Positions 47,801-61,399 of a DNA stretch of 64,000 bases are shown here, piece after piece; positions within the stretch are counted from its first letter, which is position 1; each line of letters starts with the position of its first letter. The stretch covers positions 2,480,001 through 2,544,000 of the forward strand of contig CATNEN010000039.1 in the NCBI GenBank assembly GCA_950097015.1. The letters are read 5' to 3'. The translations under genes and the position numbers were made by a program. Origin of the DNA: Macrostomum hystrix. Lineage: Eukaryota; Animalia; Platyhelminthes. The notes under the pieces are model-generated. The model saw only the letters and a list, made by a program, of their open reading frames with translations. It had not been told where the DNA came from and did not search any database.

Positions 47801-50800
47801 ACCTTGCCCTCCCAGTAGGCCGAAGAGCTACGCGTAACCATCATAGCCTTGATGCGGCCAGTGTGTGGCACGTGCGGTCCGCGGCACAGGTCGATCAATG
47901 GGCCGCACTTGTACACAGTTGTAGTCGGCGTGTCAACCTTTGTATTAATAATCCGCTGCTTGAACTCGTTGTACTTAAACATCTCGAGCAGATCGGCCTT
48001 GCTCATCTCCAATCGCTCGAATGGCTGCTTATCCTTCACAATCTTCTTGCACAGGTTGTCAAGCGGCGGGAAGTCCTCCTGGGAAACGGTGCCATCGGCG
48101 ATGTGCATGTCGTAATAAAATCCATCGTCAACTGGCGGGCCGTAGCAGAGGCAGCCGCCAAATGTGCGCTCCATGGCCTCGCCGAGAACGTGCGCCGACG
48201 AGTGCCAGAACACGTAGCGGCCGTCCTCTGAGTCGAACTTGAGCACCTCCAGGATGCAGTCGCCTTCAAGGGGCCGCTCCAGATCCCAGAGAGTGCCATT
48301 GACCTTGGCAATCACGGCCGACTCGGCCAGGCCCTGGCTAATGGCCTTGGCGATGTGCATCGGCGACGTATCCCAGGAGACGCCCTCCTTCACCGAGCCG
48401 TCTGGCAGAGTAACGCGGATTGGCTCGCGCGGTTGCTTAGCAACAAAGTCCTCGTAGGCAGCTTTGCACCTGGCCCAGACCTTTTCGCGCTCGGCAATGT
48501 ACTCTGGCCAGGGGCTGAGCTCGGCCCGTGCGGTCGCGGCCTTCTCATCACCACCGGCTGCAGATTCCTTGCTCTTTTGCTGCGATGGGACAAAATGTAA
48601 GTTTACATAGTTAGGCTGCAGCACAGGATGTTATGCTATGCAATGACAACTAACAAAACATGATGTTTGACATCTTAATCTTATCTTTAAAAGTCACATT
48701 TGAAGAATGCAACATGGTTAATCAGCAAGCCATTTTATTTAGCAATGCAAATGTGAAGCTGAGATTGCTGGAGTTATTTTAAGTTTTATTTTGTTATAAT
48801 AAACAACAAAACATTACATTTTTAATGAATCCACCAAAAATACACAGCAGTAGGCAGATGAGTTCAGTTTGGCCAAAGGCAATAAGCTGACATGCCAAGT
48901 AGATAATAGCTAAATATATATTAAAAGGCTACTTAGTTCACATTGGTCACAAATGTTTCACAATATATAGTAAGATTGTATTAATACTGATATTGTCGAA
49001 CTAGTTATTATAAAACAGAGGCACTATATGTTGGTGCTAGCATCTGCTTTCTTATCATTGAACAAGCTTTTCTTTGATATATTGTATTCAAGTTTCATGA
49101 TTAACCTTTTATTATACTATCATATACAAAATTGTGACCTATAGAAATTGTTACAAACAGAAATAGCTAACAACATTATCTGATTGTGCCTTGGAGGTTG
49201 GCCCTCAATTTGGGCATAAGTTGTATGACAAGACCCCAAGCCTTCTCTCTGTGGCTACAACCCATGTGATATGGCTTCACTCTGGAATCAAGCTTATGGA
49301 CATTGGTGCATGAGGCAGACACATTAACCACTCTGCCACTGATGGCCTAATTCCATGTATTAAGGAAACATTAAATATTTGATAAATGTATTTTATATAT
49401 TTAGATAATACCTTGAAGGCAATGTAGCAAGCCTAATTATGCTTGTAGCAAGCCTTAATAAGTTATTATAATATAAATAATATAGAAACTAATTTGTGAT
49501 AAGACAAACAAATACAAAAATATCACTAGGCAGAGAAACCAGGCTTCATAAACTTTGGGTATCCTATAATCCTATAAAACACTTTAGGCATTCCAATCAA
49601 CTTCAAACTTCACCCACTGTCTTCTAGTGGGTAGTAGACTGACTAGAATACAGTTGATTGTCGACCCAATGTCTTTTGTAGCTTACCTAGTATTTAAAAA
49701 AATTAATATCTAAAGTAATAGGTGCTTATTTATGGTTACTTTTAATGAAAAAGAATAAATTTAAACTAGTACAACTTAACCTTAGTTTTTTTGCAAATGT
49801 TGCTTTGCAAATAAAAAAACTATTAATAATCACTAAAAAACTATTTAAGTTTCTTTTTTATTTGAAATATTAAAATATATGCATTTTCTTAGTTTGCACT
49901 TCATATGTTCTTATTCTCAATTTAAGACTGTCACTCCAAATAATAATTCTTTAATACAGCAACTATTTTTAACCCCTTTGTTAATGCAGAAAGTACTTTA
50001 AACTTTTATTACTAACAAATTAACTAAAATGTAAGCTTCATAGCAATACTTGTATTGTTGCTAAGTTTTGTAACACTTGTTCTATTCATATTAATTTCTA
50101 GGTATTCACCTACAAAAACCCTTGAGCCATTATGTAATAGATAGGATTGATATTCAATACTACAATAGGTCTTATATTAATTGTTCACACACAATTTAGC
50201 CTAGCAAGCTGCCCAAAAATCTTTTTTCTTTATGTTTCACTTGTCTGTTAGCTATTCTTGCATATTTGGGTACCCACAAAAGTCATTAGGCCCACACTAT
50301 AATTAATAGGATCAATCCTCATTAGGCCCCTATATCTCTATTAAAGATTAATCCTATTTATTATTCTACCATATTAAATTCACCACACCAAAACATGATT
50401 CCCCAGGTCCTACTCCATAGTCCGGATCATGTCGTTTATGCTGGAGATCTCCGGCGTAAATCTGGTTTGGGATCAGAGGCTGGCGTAAGTGCTTGGCATA
50501 AGTATAGGCCAAAATGTGCCTTGGCGTAAGTGCTTGGCGTAAGTACATGGCATAAATCAAGTGGGGTAAATGTTGGCACAAATGAGATCATTCACGATCA
50601 AATGTATCACTATAGAACATTACACATTTGTGTTAATTTGATGTTAAAGAGCAGCATGAAAACAAAGTTCATTAAAATATTGCAGTTCCTATAAATGAGA
50701 TAGCAGAATATCTATTGTAGGATAGCAAAAGTTTTTTTAGCTTCAAGATGCTTACTTTGATTCTTGATTCAGAATTTGCAACTTGTGAGATTTTTAAACA

Positions 50801-51872
50801 GTTGCAACTTCTGAATATAATTAATCACCAATTAATTGTGAATCATCTATTCTATTTGTCTATTGTTGCGGATTTACTTTTTATGGATTGTCGGGCAACA
50901 AAGTACATTGTCAGTAAAGTGGTCAACAAGCGGAGGTTTAAGACATCCTGCCGCTGCCCCTTCATCGGCGACCATCATTCTGCTGGAGCTGGACGGACGT
51001 GACCAATGAGAAGGGGCTTGCGAAATGACTTGAAAAACTAATTGTGTGCATGTGCTGGTTAGAGTGACAGAGACATCCATGTAATAGTCGAGGGCAGCAA
51101 GCAAGGAGGCTGATAAAGAGACATGGATTAACAAGAATTGTGAGGGACCTTTTTTGGGTGGCGTAAGTCAGAGGGACCTTTTTTTGGTTGGCATAAGTCT
51201 GGCGTAAGTGCCAAAAAATGTTGGATTTTTCCTCCAGTGTAAGTCCAGCATGATCTGGACTATGGGTCCTACTTAGTATGGTCATCCTATAATAAGGTAG
51301 CTACTCCATATAAAGTGGTTGGAGTTGGAAAAATGGGTTGTTCTTCTTATTTTAGCATACCAAAAACCAACATAGCCACAGATTTATGAACCAACAGAAA
51401 CTAGAACTATTTTTATGATTAAGGTTTAAGATAAGATTAAAGTTAAAGAAACCCGAGAAACCTGTGAATACATAGAGAAAGCACAGTACATATATTAAGT
51501 GAATATGCCATTATATTATTATAAATAGGCCTAGAATAATTGCTTAATTTACTTATAAATAAAACATTCTTTTGCTTTAGTTTGCATGTTTACTTTGTTA
51601 GCTAGCTAGGCCTACACATAACTAAAAACTAAAATATCCATCTTATATAGTTTGAGTAATCAATACATATCAAAGTTACACACCTGAGACATTTTGTTAA
51701 ATCTTTTCTTCCAACTGTGAAGATAAAATCTGTTTGTTGATCTAAAGTCGAAGAGTTGTGATTTATTGAAAAACAAATGTTTCCTTAAAGCAGAAAATCC
51801 ACGCCTAGTAGAGTGTCCACTAATTATTTTTAGTAGGGCCGGATATGTTAACAGACTGGAGGAATATACCAT
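44873..51872 (-). CDS. TARS1: Threonyl-tRNA synthetase, 7 exons (760 aa long form; 700 aa from Met at 51692)
   Basis: Exons 51872-51684, 48579-47803, 47676-47570, 46805-46479, 46406-45953, 45627-45408, 45081-44873 (2283 nt). Contains the TGS domain, [56 protein letters not shown] and the anticodon-binding domain. Intron 3 is GC-AG. Exon 1 is inferred. Confidence 0.93.
46850..47565. repeat. About 21-bp degenerate repeat with higher-order duplication in TARS intron 3
   Basis: CTCACTGG(A/T)ATCT(A/G)CT(C/T)AA(A/T)T units and a duplicated block of about 250 bp. Confidence 0.9.
49185..49345 (-). mobile_element. SINE family B 5' part with decayed tRNA head
   Basis: On the minus strand, A box TGGCAGAGTGG and a B-box-like GCTTGATTCC. 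The body matches 26175-26235. Confidence 0.6.
50415..51265. mobile_element. Non-autonomous TIR transposon (851 bp) in TARS intron 1
   Basis: TIRs CCATAGTCCGGATCATG / CATGATCTGGACTATGG, an 8-bp TSD GTCCTACT (50407-50414, 51266-51273), and subterminal GGCGTAAGT motifs. Confidence 0.8.
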
Positions 51873-52499
51873 AAAATTGCCCTAAAATGGAACTTTAAGT
51901 CTTGGGTCTTGACTAAATACACAAGAGCTAGACAGATATTTGAGATAATGCACAATCCGGGATCTAATTCTAGGTCTATTAAGATGTTTTATTGGACAGT
52001 GACAAGCGAAGAAAAAAGCAAAACTTTTGTTTAAATTACTTATTGAATTACTGAAATGAAAAATGTATAGATTTGTGACTCTTGCGAGGGCCTTTTTGTT
52101 TACTAAATAAGCTGATAGTATGTGCGGCGGCACGATAAATTGTACTGACGAAACTCTGTTTAAATTCGTCGCAATGCGTTCATTTATTTAAACAAAAAAT
52201 ATTCTTGACGTTCTGTGCTCACATACGCAAGAAATATACTTGCAAAATATTATTTGTTAATTGGATGAAAAATATAAATAAATAGGAGGTCTAATGGTCT
52301 CCAGAAAAAAAACATTTCGTTACTTCGGCGTGTTCTTAAGGGAGCTTGACAGCCAGATTTCTGTGGACTTATTTTTAGTTATAGCTTATAGATTTGCAGT
52401 TGGCCTATTTGTTTTCTGTTGGCAAATTAATTTGCTAAGAAATTGTCCGACTTTTACGCAGGCCAGCATTGCCAACGGTTGCGTCATTATTGTTGATTG

Positions 52500-54000
52500 A
52501 GCGGCAAGTAAGATGGCGACCTGCAAGGGACGACGGAGTGTGCAAGGCTCTGAACGACGATGGCAGGGCTTTAATGCCCGGTGCAAAGAGCTCCGCACCA
52601 GAGCTCGCCGAGCTCGTTAGGACTCGCGGTCAAGTGAAATGGACCAAACAACGTGTCGAGCACCATCCCTTCCGGCCCAAATTCGGTTCACTAACCTTCA
52701 ACACCGGCACCCTCAGCCATCCTTGGAGGCTGTAGGAGCTGACCCGGTTGGCAGCTGACCTGGGCATCTCTGTTCTGGCTGTCCAAGAGCATAGCAAGGA
52801 GCAATAATAAAAGCGCGGACCTGTGGGCCTCTGGTGGGCAATTCAACCGGGGCGTCGGCCGCGGCATCGGGTGTTAGCGACTCAATTCTGCTCTCGTCCG
52901 ACGCGTCCAAAGCATGCTGGATATCCGGTTCCCATCTAAGCGCCTTAGCTGGTCTTAGCTGAAGCCTTCCCCGCTCTGGGCTGACCTGAGAAATCCAGAG
53001 ACTCGGGCGGTTTACCTGACCAGACTCCACGCTGCGACTCCGACTTTATACTAATCTGCCGACTCGTTCACCATTTCTGTTCAAAACGCAGCGGCCGTCC
53101 TGCCAAGGCGGAGGGCAAATCAACCCAAGACGATGTGGGACAACACCTACATCGTCCGTGATATTTTCCCTGTTCTTCGAAATGATTGTGGATTGTGTTG
53201 CGCCACTCCAGCTTCAAGAGAACGACAGCTGCAAGCTGGTCCCACGCCGGATCTCCCGAGCCCTGCAGTTCCGCTGCCTGCTCTCACGTATGCTGACGAA
53301 CATCACGTGACCCAGCTGCTGCCCAACGCGCTCTTTCCCGGCTCTGTGAGGAGGGCGCCCGGGTAGGGCTTGTGAGAGATACAATTCAGACTATACTGAC
53401 AACAGTAGAAAAGCAAAGACTTGGCTGCAAAACTCTCTCAATAACACTAAAAAAGTATCACCATAAAAATGGCAAGCTTAAAAGAGACTTCTGTGCACAC
53501 TAAGAGTGGTGGGAGAGGACTGCGTGTGGCTATGGCTGACTGACGAAGGCAAACAAGCCAGAAACCGGTCTCGGTCTGCCAGCGCGAGGTTCGTCTACAG
53601 GGCTGATGGTCAAACGCGCGTAAGACAGAGGTACTGCACGTGTGCACTGATTCCGCCCATGCACTTGCGCTGCCGAATGGAAACGTCATCGCCGTGTGTG
53701 AGGACTTCCGGTACCTTGGATCACTAGCTATGAGCCCGGACTGATCCATCGTCTCTGACAGGAGAAATCAGGCCTGGCGCGCGGTGCACCTGCTCAGGAA
53801 CGTCTTCAACTCAGCTGCGAGGGTCGAGAGGGTAGAGAGAGAGGCCTCAACACTCTGATGACCGACACACGAGATCGAGCCCAACTGGTCCCCAGGCGTG
53901 CACTACCCCGAGAGGTTGCTGTCCAGAGACCTGATAGGCCGCGCCGGCGCCGCCAAATGCTGAGTCATGGCCGCGGGGACCATGTCACTTTGGCCCTGGT
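52500..54000 (+). mobile_element. Decayed non-LTR retrotransposon (LINE) reverse transcriptase remnant
   Basis: LPALTYADE (YADD-like, about 53283) and GNVIAVCEDFRYLGSL (FxYLG, about 53679) lie in broken frames. The boundaries are approximate. Confidence 0.65.
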
Positions 54001-55999
54001 CCTTCTACACGAGCCGACGGAACGGAATGTATTGCGAGCGCGTGTGCGAAAGAGCTCATTAGCTGTTACGTGTCTCTATCTGACATCCAGGTAGAGTATT
54101 CGATTCGGCATGCCATGAAAAGATTGTTATTTGCAACAAAGACGTTCAGTTCGAATATTGTTTATTAGAAAAGCATGATGTAGCAATGTACCAAAGAGTA
54201 CATCGAGGAAAAAAGTACATTCTTGTCGAAAAGGACAATGAGGAGTGGCTTTAGTATAAGGCAATTGCTATTAAATAAATACCAGTTCGCATGAACTTAA
54301 TCATGTTCAGTTTCTTTATGACCTCGCACTGTTCAGAAAGTGGATTGAAATCGGCCAATCGCATTGTATGCTATGGTGATCTATAGTCTGTTTGTTAGGG
54401 AGATGGCCTGCAAATACACAACATGCCGCAGATGCACCTGAGCATCCCGTAATCTGCAGTAGGGTCAGAAGTAGATTATCTATTATCTTCAATCATGTGT
54501 ACCAGACCTCTCAGCTCTCTCTCTATTTGTTGGATTTGGGATTGGTGAGCTGAGTATTTGGGGGGATGGTAGCGTAAGTTATGAGGGTGAGAATAGGTAT
54601 TTTCCACGCTGTTCGGGTTATACCGAAGGTAGCGCTAATGCCCGAGCGGCAAGACACTAGCTACTAACAATGGGAGAAGAATCGACTGCTGCTGGCACGA
54701 GGGCTAAGGTCACTGATCTGGGGCACAGTCCGTGGGGCGTATCAGGATGGATCGAAGTTGCCTGGTGAACGTCCTTCGCACTCTCACTTATACTTTCCTC
54801 TATGGGGTCCGGAATTAGTACAGTTTCATTAGGGGGATAAAGGCGGAGTTTTGTGACTTCAGGGGGGTATTTAGGGAACCTTAGGTGGACTTCAGATAGA
54901 CTTTTGACTTGGACTTTTAGATGGGATTTTAGGGCGGTATATTGGGGTTTCAAAGGGGTCATATAATAGGGTGGATTTGGGTGAAGAAGGCCGATGAGAG
55001 ATCAATGGGAGAGGATTGGGGAGATAAAGGGATCTATCTGTTTTTCTCCTATTAGGAAAATAACTAAGGAACTCGGTTTATTTAATAGCGAAACAGGGAA
55101 AGAGGTAGGAAGTGGAATCGGTTATATTTCGTTGTATCGAACGTAGAGCTAAACGTTGAGAACGTATAGAACGTAAAGCAGGTCAAACAGGTAAAGATCG
55201 CATTATATTCTTCTCTGTATATATATACCAAAATTGGGGTGGGTGCATGTCCCGCTTGAGTGCGCATACAACGAACAAAGAGCGCTGCGTGATGTTACGA
55301 CAAATAGCTAGCGAGTGAGAAATAGTGGCGGGAATTCAAAATGAAAAAGTTTCCTAATTATTCACTGCCACACAGGCTAACATGTTAATCAGAAACTCTA
55401 CAACTTAGCCACAAAGCGTCCTTTCCACTAAACACAAACACAAAATACCAAAAGTACAAGTCATGACAGACCCTACGAGTCAGTAAAAGTACAAGCCTTG
55501 AACCCGAACTACAATTAGTCATGAACCTAATTCTATGAAACAAATCAAACTACGCTTGTAGAATATGATTACGTCGACGTCTGGGCGCCTATGAAGACTG
55601 ATAATTTTCTATAGCCTTAATTAATCAATTGAAGCAATAAGTAGTCGATCTTAAAAAACTCAAACTCAGTTATGTACCGACAAGACTACTTTATAGGTTA
55701 AAAAGCATGAATTCTGAGCTGCCTAGTGTTACAGTATTATATAAATGTGTAGAAAACAGTACATCCCTGTACATTGCCCGTTATTGCCTGAGCACACAAT
55801 ATATACGATAGAAATCATATAAATATATACATATAGATGCATAAACAGTTTGCAACAGGATGTGAAAGACAAGTTTAGTGGTAAAACATTTTTGTAAGTT
55901 GTTTGTTTTAACTAAACTTAAAAGTTCCAATTGGAATAAAAAATTAAACCCACGCGAGCGGCGAACCAAAATCACAACTTTCGGAAAAAAGCAAATAGG

Positions 56000-56830
56000 A
56001 AACAGGTTTGGAAAACAACCCACAGGTTTGGAAAACAACCCACAGGTTTGGAAAACAACCCACAGGTTTGGAAAACAACCCACAGGTTTGGAAAACAACC
56101 CACAGGTTTGGAAAACAACCCACAGGTTTGGAAAACAACCCACAGGTTTGGAAAACAACCCACATACCATGTAGGTTTGGGAAACAACCCACAGGTTTGG
56201 GAAACAACCCACAGGTTTGGGAAACAACCCACAGGTTTGGGAAACAACCCACAGGTTTGGGAAACAACCCACATACCATGTAGGTTTGGGAAACAACCCA
56301 CAGGTTTGGGAAACAACCCACAGGTTTGGGAAACAACCCACAGGTTTGGGAAACAACCCACAGGTTTGGGAAACAACCCACATACCATGTAGGTTTGGGA
56401 AACAACCCACAGGTTTGGAAAACAACCCACAGGTTTGGAAAACAACCCACAGGTTTGGGAAACAACCCACATACCATGTAGGTTTGGGAAACAACCCACA
56501 GGTTTGGGAAACAACCCACAGGTTTGGGAAACAACACACACACTGTTTAGGCAGGGGAAACAACCCGTGCAGTGTGGTGAAACGACCCGTGCAGTGTGGT
56601 GAAACAACCCGTGCAGTGTGGTGAAACGACCCGTGCAGTGTGGTGAAACGACCCGTGCAGTGTGGTGAAACGACCCGTGCAGTGTGGTGAAACGACCCGT
56701 GCAGTGTGGTGAAACAACCCGTGCAGTGTGGTGAAACGACCCGTGCAGTGTGGTGAAACGACCCGTGCAGGGTGGTTAAACAACCTGTGCAGGCTGGTGA
56801 AACAAGCCGTGTAGGGTGGTGAAACAACCC
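56000..56830. repeat. Adjacent 20-bp (ACAGGTTTGG(A/G)AAACAACCC) and 22-bp (CCCGTGCAGTGTGGTGAAACGA) arrays
   Basis: Direct inspection. The two units share a GAAAC(A/G)ACCC core. Confidence 0.93.
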
Positions 56831-57143
56831 ATAGACCATGTGGATTGTGGAAGAGCCTGTAGAAGAGTTTGTAGGAAACAAACCACAAAGCGGGTGGGTA
56901 AACACACATGGGGAAATCGCACATAGACCATGCGGAAATAGGAAACAGCCCAAAGCCTAAAGTCCGTGTCTGATTGGTAAACAGTAAACAAACTGCTTCA
57001 AATCAACAGGTCTTAAGCCTCAAGCTTAAGAAATACCCAAAATGATTTCTCAGACAAGCTAGCCCAAAGTACAAGTGCCATTACGAAGCAATTTCAAAGG
57101 TACAGACAAAGCTTGGCTAGAGAGAAGCGTGCTCGGCAAGTCA

Positions 57144-57479
57144 TCAAGCAGTCCTTGCCAGCACCACAAGCACCTCATTCTCCCACACGTAGCGGCCAGG
57201 GCCTTCCTGCCGGGTAAAGCGGCCGTAAATGGTCATGAAGTCGTCCATAAGGGCGTCCTGTTCGGCGCCGGGCAGCTCAGCAGTGAACGGCACCAGCCAC
57301 TGCAGATGGCCGCGGCACTCGGCCTCGCTCTCAGTTGTGTAAGTGAATGCCATCTTGGTGCAGACGCTGACTGAGAAGCCGGCACTGACGAGGATGTCGC
57401 GAAACGCGCCAGCCGGGTCTGGGCCAGTGCGCCAGTCGGCTATGGTCGGGTCCTGCCACCGGGTGGCGTGCATGAAGGC
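57144..57479 (-). CDS. Last exon of a probable class I SAM-dependent methyltransferase (JHAMT/trans-aconitate MT-like C-terminus); the gene continues beyond the window
   Basis: Acceptor CAG at 57480-57482. FRDILVSAGFSV...LVPFTAELPGAEQDALMDDF...EVLVVLART* resembles the C-terminus of small-molecule methyltransferases. A candidate upstream donor CGG|GTGAGT lies at 63998. Confidence 0.55.
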   Translation of the reverse strand, partial: AFMHATRWQDPTIADWRTGPDPAGAFRDILVSAGFSVSVCTKMAFTYTTESEAECRGHLQWLVPFTAELPGAEQDALMDDFMTIYGRFTRQEGPGRYVWENEVLVVLARTA

Positions 57480-57589
57480 CTGTTGGTTGTTTGGATCGTT
57501 AGCTAGAGGTTGATACTCGTAGCTCCAGAATATAATGAATTATTCTGCACGTAATAGACATTAGTTAGCCCAGTTGGGCCACATGTACA

Positions 57590-57765
57590 GCCACTGGAAC
57601 AGTAGCAGCTATTGCTTCTAAAGGCTGTGTACTTCTGTTCAGTCCATGGACATGGGAGGCCGCACTCCAATTTTAATTTTTCCCTCAGTTAATGATTTAA
57701 TATAGTACTATAGTACCATTTTAACAGCCAGGTGAACTGAAGCACTAGGCAATTAAGTGTGGATA
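57590..57765 (-). mobile_element. Decayed SINE family A copy
   Basis: Reverse complement of ctgaacag/ccatggac and of the CORE segment (aacagccaggtgaactgaagca...ttaagtgt). Confidence 0.6.
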
Positions 57766-60700
57766 TTGCTCTCAAGTTCACATTAATTTCATTGGGCTGT
57801 GATGCGACCTCACGACCTATTAGATTTCTTGTAGTTTTAGTGTAGATTTAATAAATTCATTTAAATTCCCTAAGATTTTGTTATATCATAATAGCCCTTC
57901 TAGTCTAGACGCTATTGCAGAGCCATAATTTCTAATCATTTCAGAAACTCAGGCTAATTCTAGATGTAATGTTAAAGTTAAAACATATCAAAATCAATTG
58001 AGGAGTTAAATGAATTGCTTACATTTCAGCTGAAATTAACAGTTTAGTTTTTGTTTTAGACTACTTCGGCCCTAAAATCGATCTCAGTATCGAGTTCCGA
58101 ATATCGAAATTCTTAAAGAACGAATAAAGAACCTATTGGCTTGTTCGGGGAGGAAAGAGGTAGAAGAACGCGCTTGCCTGTGTGTGGTCAGTCGATTGCA
58201 AATGTACACAGCGTAATGTACAGTATGGGAATGTACAATAACAATTCGTGCCTCGTCCAGAACCGGGTTTGGCCGGATGGAATTAGACAAGGGTCTTCAC
58301 ACTGGGGGGCAGCTAAACTTGACATTGAAATGTGCATCACTATAAAACCCAGACGTGAATATAAAGAGCCCTGGACAAGGCCGTCATGTGATTTATTGAC
58401 TCCAGTCTAGAATATTATTAGTGAGGTTTCCTACAACAAACAGCATTAATCTAGCCTCGAGCAGTTCTGTTGGTAAACATTTGAAGTCCTGGGCAGCGTT
58501 TTGTGTTTGTGAACTTGTTTAGACCTATTGCTACATGTGGCTTGCCCACGCAAATAAATAGTTATAAGTTTTGTTAGGCTACTCAATCACACTAACAGGA
58601 CTGTGTTTCTAAGAAACTACATGGTCTTAGAAGTTAAAATCAACATAGGCAGTCTGATCACGAAGCTTGATGAGTCACTGCCTGACGACTAATGGCAGTT
58701 AAGCATAGGCCTAGGCTTAATTTTTATGGTAAGTTTAACTCCAACTCCATATAGGCGATCTAGCCACGGTTTGTTGCTTGTATTTTGATAACCATATTAA
58801 TCAGTGCTAGCCTAATTAGTGCTAGGCATAGGCCAAGCTATTTAATATCTAGCACTTCAATTAGAACTATTAAAATCCTTTTAGACTACACCTAGTAAAT
58901 TAGAAATCAGTCTTTTACAAGTTTTAGGCATTTTTGCTATTTCTAGGTAATAAAAGTTGTAGAATATTTGCCTAGGTCTAGGTCTAGCTTTAGAACAATA
59001 ATAAACCTCATTTAATTATTAGACCTACAACTTGTAGCTATATATTAGCTGTTGCTTAGGCCTAATCATTAGCGATATTGAAATACAGTTTAATAACCTT
59101 TAGCTAAAATTGCGCCTAGTAAACCTAAATAGAGCTAGCCAACAAAGCCTTGGCCTAGCCTAAGGATAGCTAAAGTGGCTAGCTAGGCTACTAGCCATAT
59201 ACCACAGGTCCATAGGCCCATAGTTATTTAGTGTAGTGACCCCATACCATATGACTATCTATAGGCCTAATGATAGCTACTAGGCCTAGTTCAAAATGAT
59301 ACATAATACTAATAGCCTATATTAGCTAGGCTTAGACATCAACCTAAAATTGGCTAAAACTAAAAGTAGTCACTGTTAGTAGTTTGCTATTTTAAATGAC
59401 AATTAAAAGATAGGGCCTAGCTAGCTGACTGTGAAGTCTACTAGAATGCCTTTAAAAACCTGTATGATTCTATATTTAAATAAAGTCTTGCTTATTACTT
59501 ACTAGGCTAGGGTAGTAAGGTATAGAGCTATAAAAACCAAGATTTTCACCTATATTATATTCTTGAATAGTTTTAAAAATATAGAAGTGTGTTTATGTTT
59601 GGGCACAGCTTGGGCATGGCTAGCTATATAAAGCTATTTTTTACTTCATGCTGCAATTGCTAGCTAGCTAAACTGAGTTGTCTAGAAATAGCTAGCTAAT
59701 GAAGAGTGTCTAGAAAAGAAGAAGCAGGGAAAACAAACTATTTGTTCTTTGTTAGCTTAATTATATAGCAAATCTTACAATGAGTAGATTTAGCAATATA
59801 AGGTCCCTAGCTATCTATTAAAACAATTCTTAGCTAAGGTTGTCAGCACATATTATTTAGCTACTTTAGGATTAGATAGTTAGTAGTATAGCTTAATCTG
59901 AACAAAAATTACTTGCTTTGATAAAATGTTATGAAGAAAAGCAGTAAACATTTATTGCTTCGGCAGCATGCCAATATTACTTGAGTATAGATCTAGCTGT
60001 CTAGCTATAATGCTGTAACCATTTTATTGCCAATTGCTTGGATTATAGGTCAGACTATGAAAGTCCCTATGGTTTTATTATCTTTCGCCCTAGCTATCCC
60101 ATTAAATTAAGATTAGGCCTAATCAATCAAATTTTAAAGGAACATGTCCAACACCCTAGGGCCTATTAACAGTAGAACTACCAAGGAGGGGGCAGGATTT
60201 CCCTGACAGCTATTTGTGCTATACCTGAATGGAGCAACACAAGCATACAAAACTCAAGAACATGAAACAATATTAAAGTTGTCAGCTCAAGTTGTCAATT
60301 CAATGGTTCTGACAGAAGTTCAGATTTTTCCTATAAGCACTAGGCCTAGTGTATTTGCTAGACCTTTAAGGGTTACAGCTGGTGGAAATTGACAATTATG
60401 AACACCCCAATGCAATTTTTTCTATTTCACTACTTAAGCCAAAATATTAGGTCGCAGCTCAACCAGGATACACCATCGCCTAGTCTGTCAACCTATCAGT
60501 CGCCACCATTAGTCATCAGCCACCACTCAACACTGTTAGCATTCAGGCGCTGCCAAAAAACTACAGCGGGGATTTCCCCCTCCCTTAGTCTGACTTTCTT
60601 TGAAAAGGAAAATATGGGATTTTTGTAGGTGATCAGTTCACAAAAAGAATGTGCTCTAGGCTATTAAATTTTAGCCCTAAAGTAAATACATGGCTTTTTC

Positions 60701-61399
60701 AGAAATCCCACAAAGTTAAAAAAATACATAGCAGATAGCTAATATGATGTCATATGGTTAGAAGCTGAATGAGGGATATATCATGATTATCAAGCATGAC
60801 TTTACTAAAACTGTAGGGTTAAATATTTTAGGAATGTAGGTTAGTCCTCTTCTTTCTTTGAGAGACATGGCAGTAAAATGGTAATTTGTAATAGCATATG
60901 CTAGCTTACACAGAAGGATTAATTACAATTTTCGGAATAAAACTGAATAAAAGTAGGTGTGCACTTGAGGTGTGCATTTAGCATTTTTCCAATGAAAAAC
61001 AATGATTTGCCATGGATAATATGCTAAGCTTGCATTTTAACACCATATTTTTTGGAATTTGTTGCAATCATGGCTACTAATTTTTTTATTAGAAAAGTAG
61101 TATGATTGCACATATATTTTTGCATAGTATAGTTATTCCAAATATAATACTACTTGTGCATTCTATGTAAGTTCTGTGACAGTATGTGCAAATTATGTTA
61201 ACAAAAGCCTACCCTAATGCATAGCAAGTTTATGCAGAGTACATTTAAATGCAGAGCAACAAAAAGGGGCAGAACTCTATCTTCATAAGCTAGTGTCTAT
61301 TAATAAACTGTTAAGATAAAAACCATAAAAAATTCGCAGGGCACTCCCATTCCATGGACTTGTGAGCACAACCTCAGACACAATATATAGGCACTCATT

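Noticed and set aside
39908-48600. Plus-strand ORFs overlapping eIF3L and TARS
   Set aside because: These are antisense shadows of GC3-rich coding exons.
54500-55320. Possible LTR or retroelement fragment / ORF 54657-54962
   Set aside because: No recognisable motif, paired LTR or TSD.
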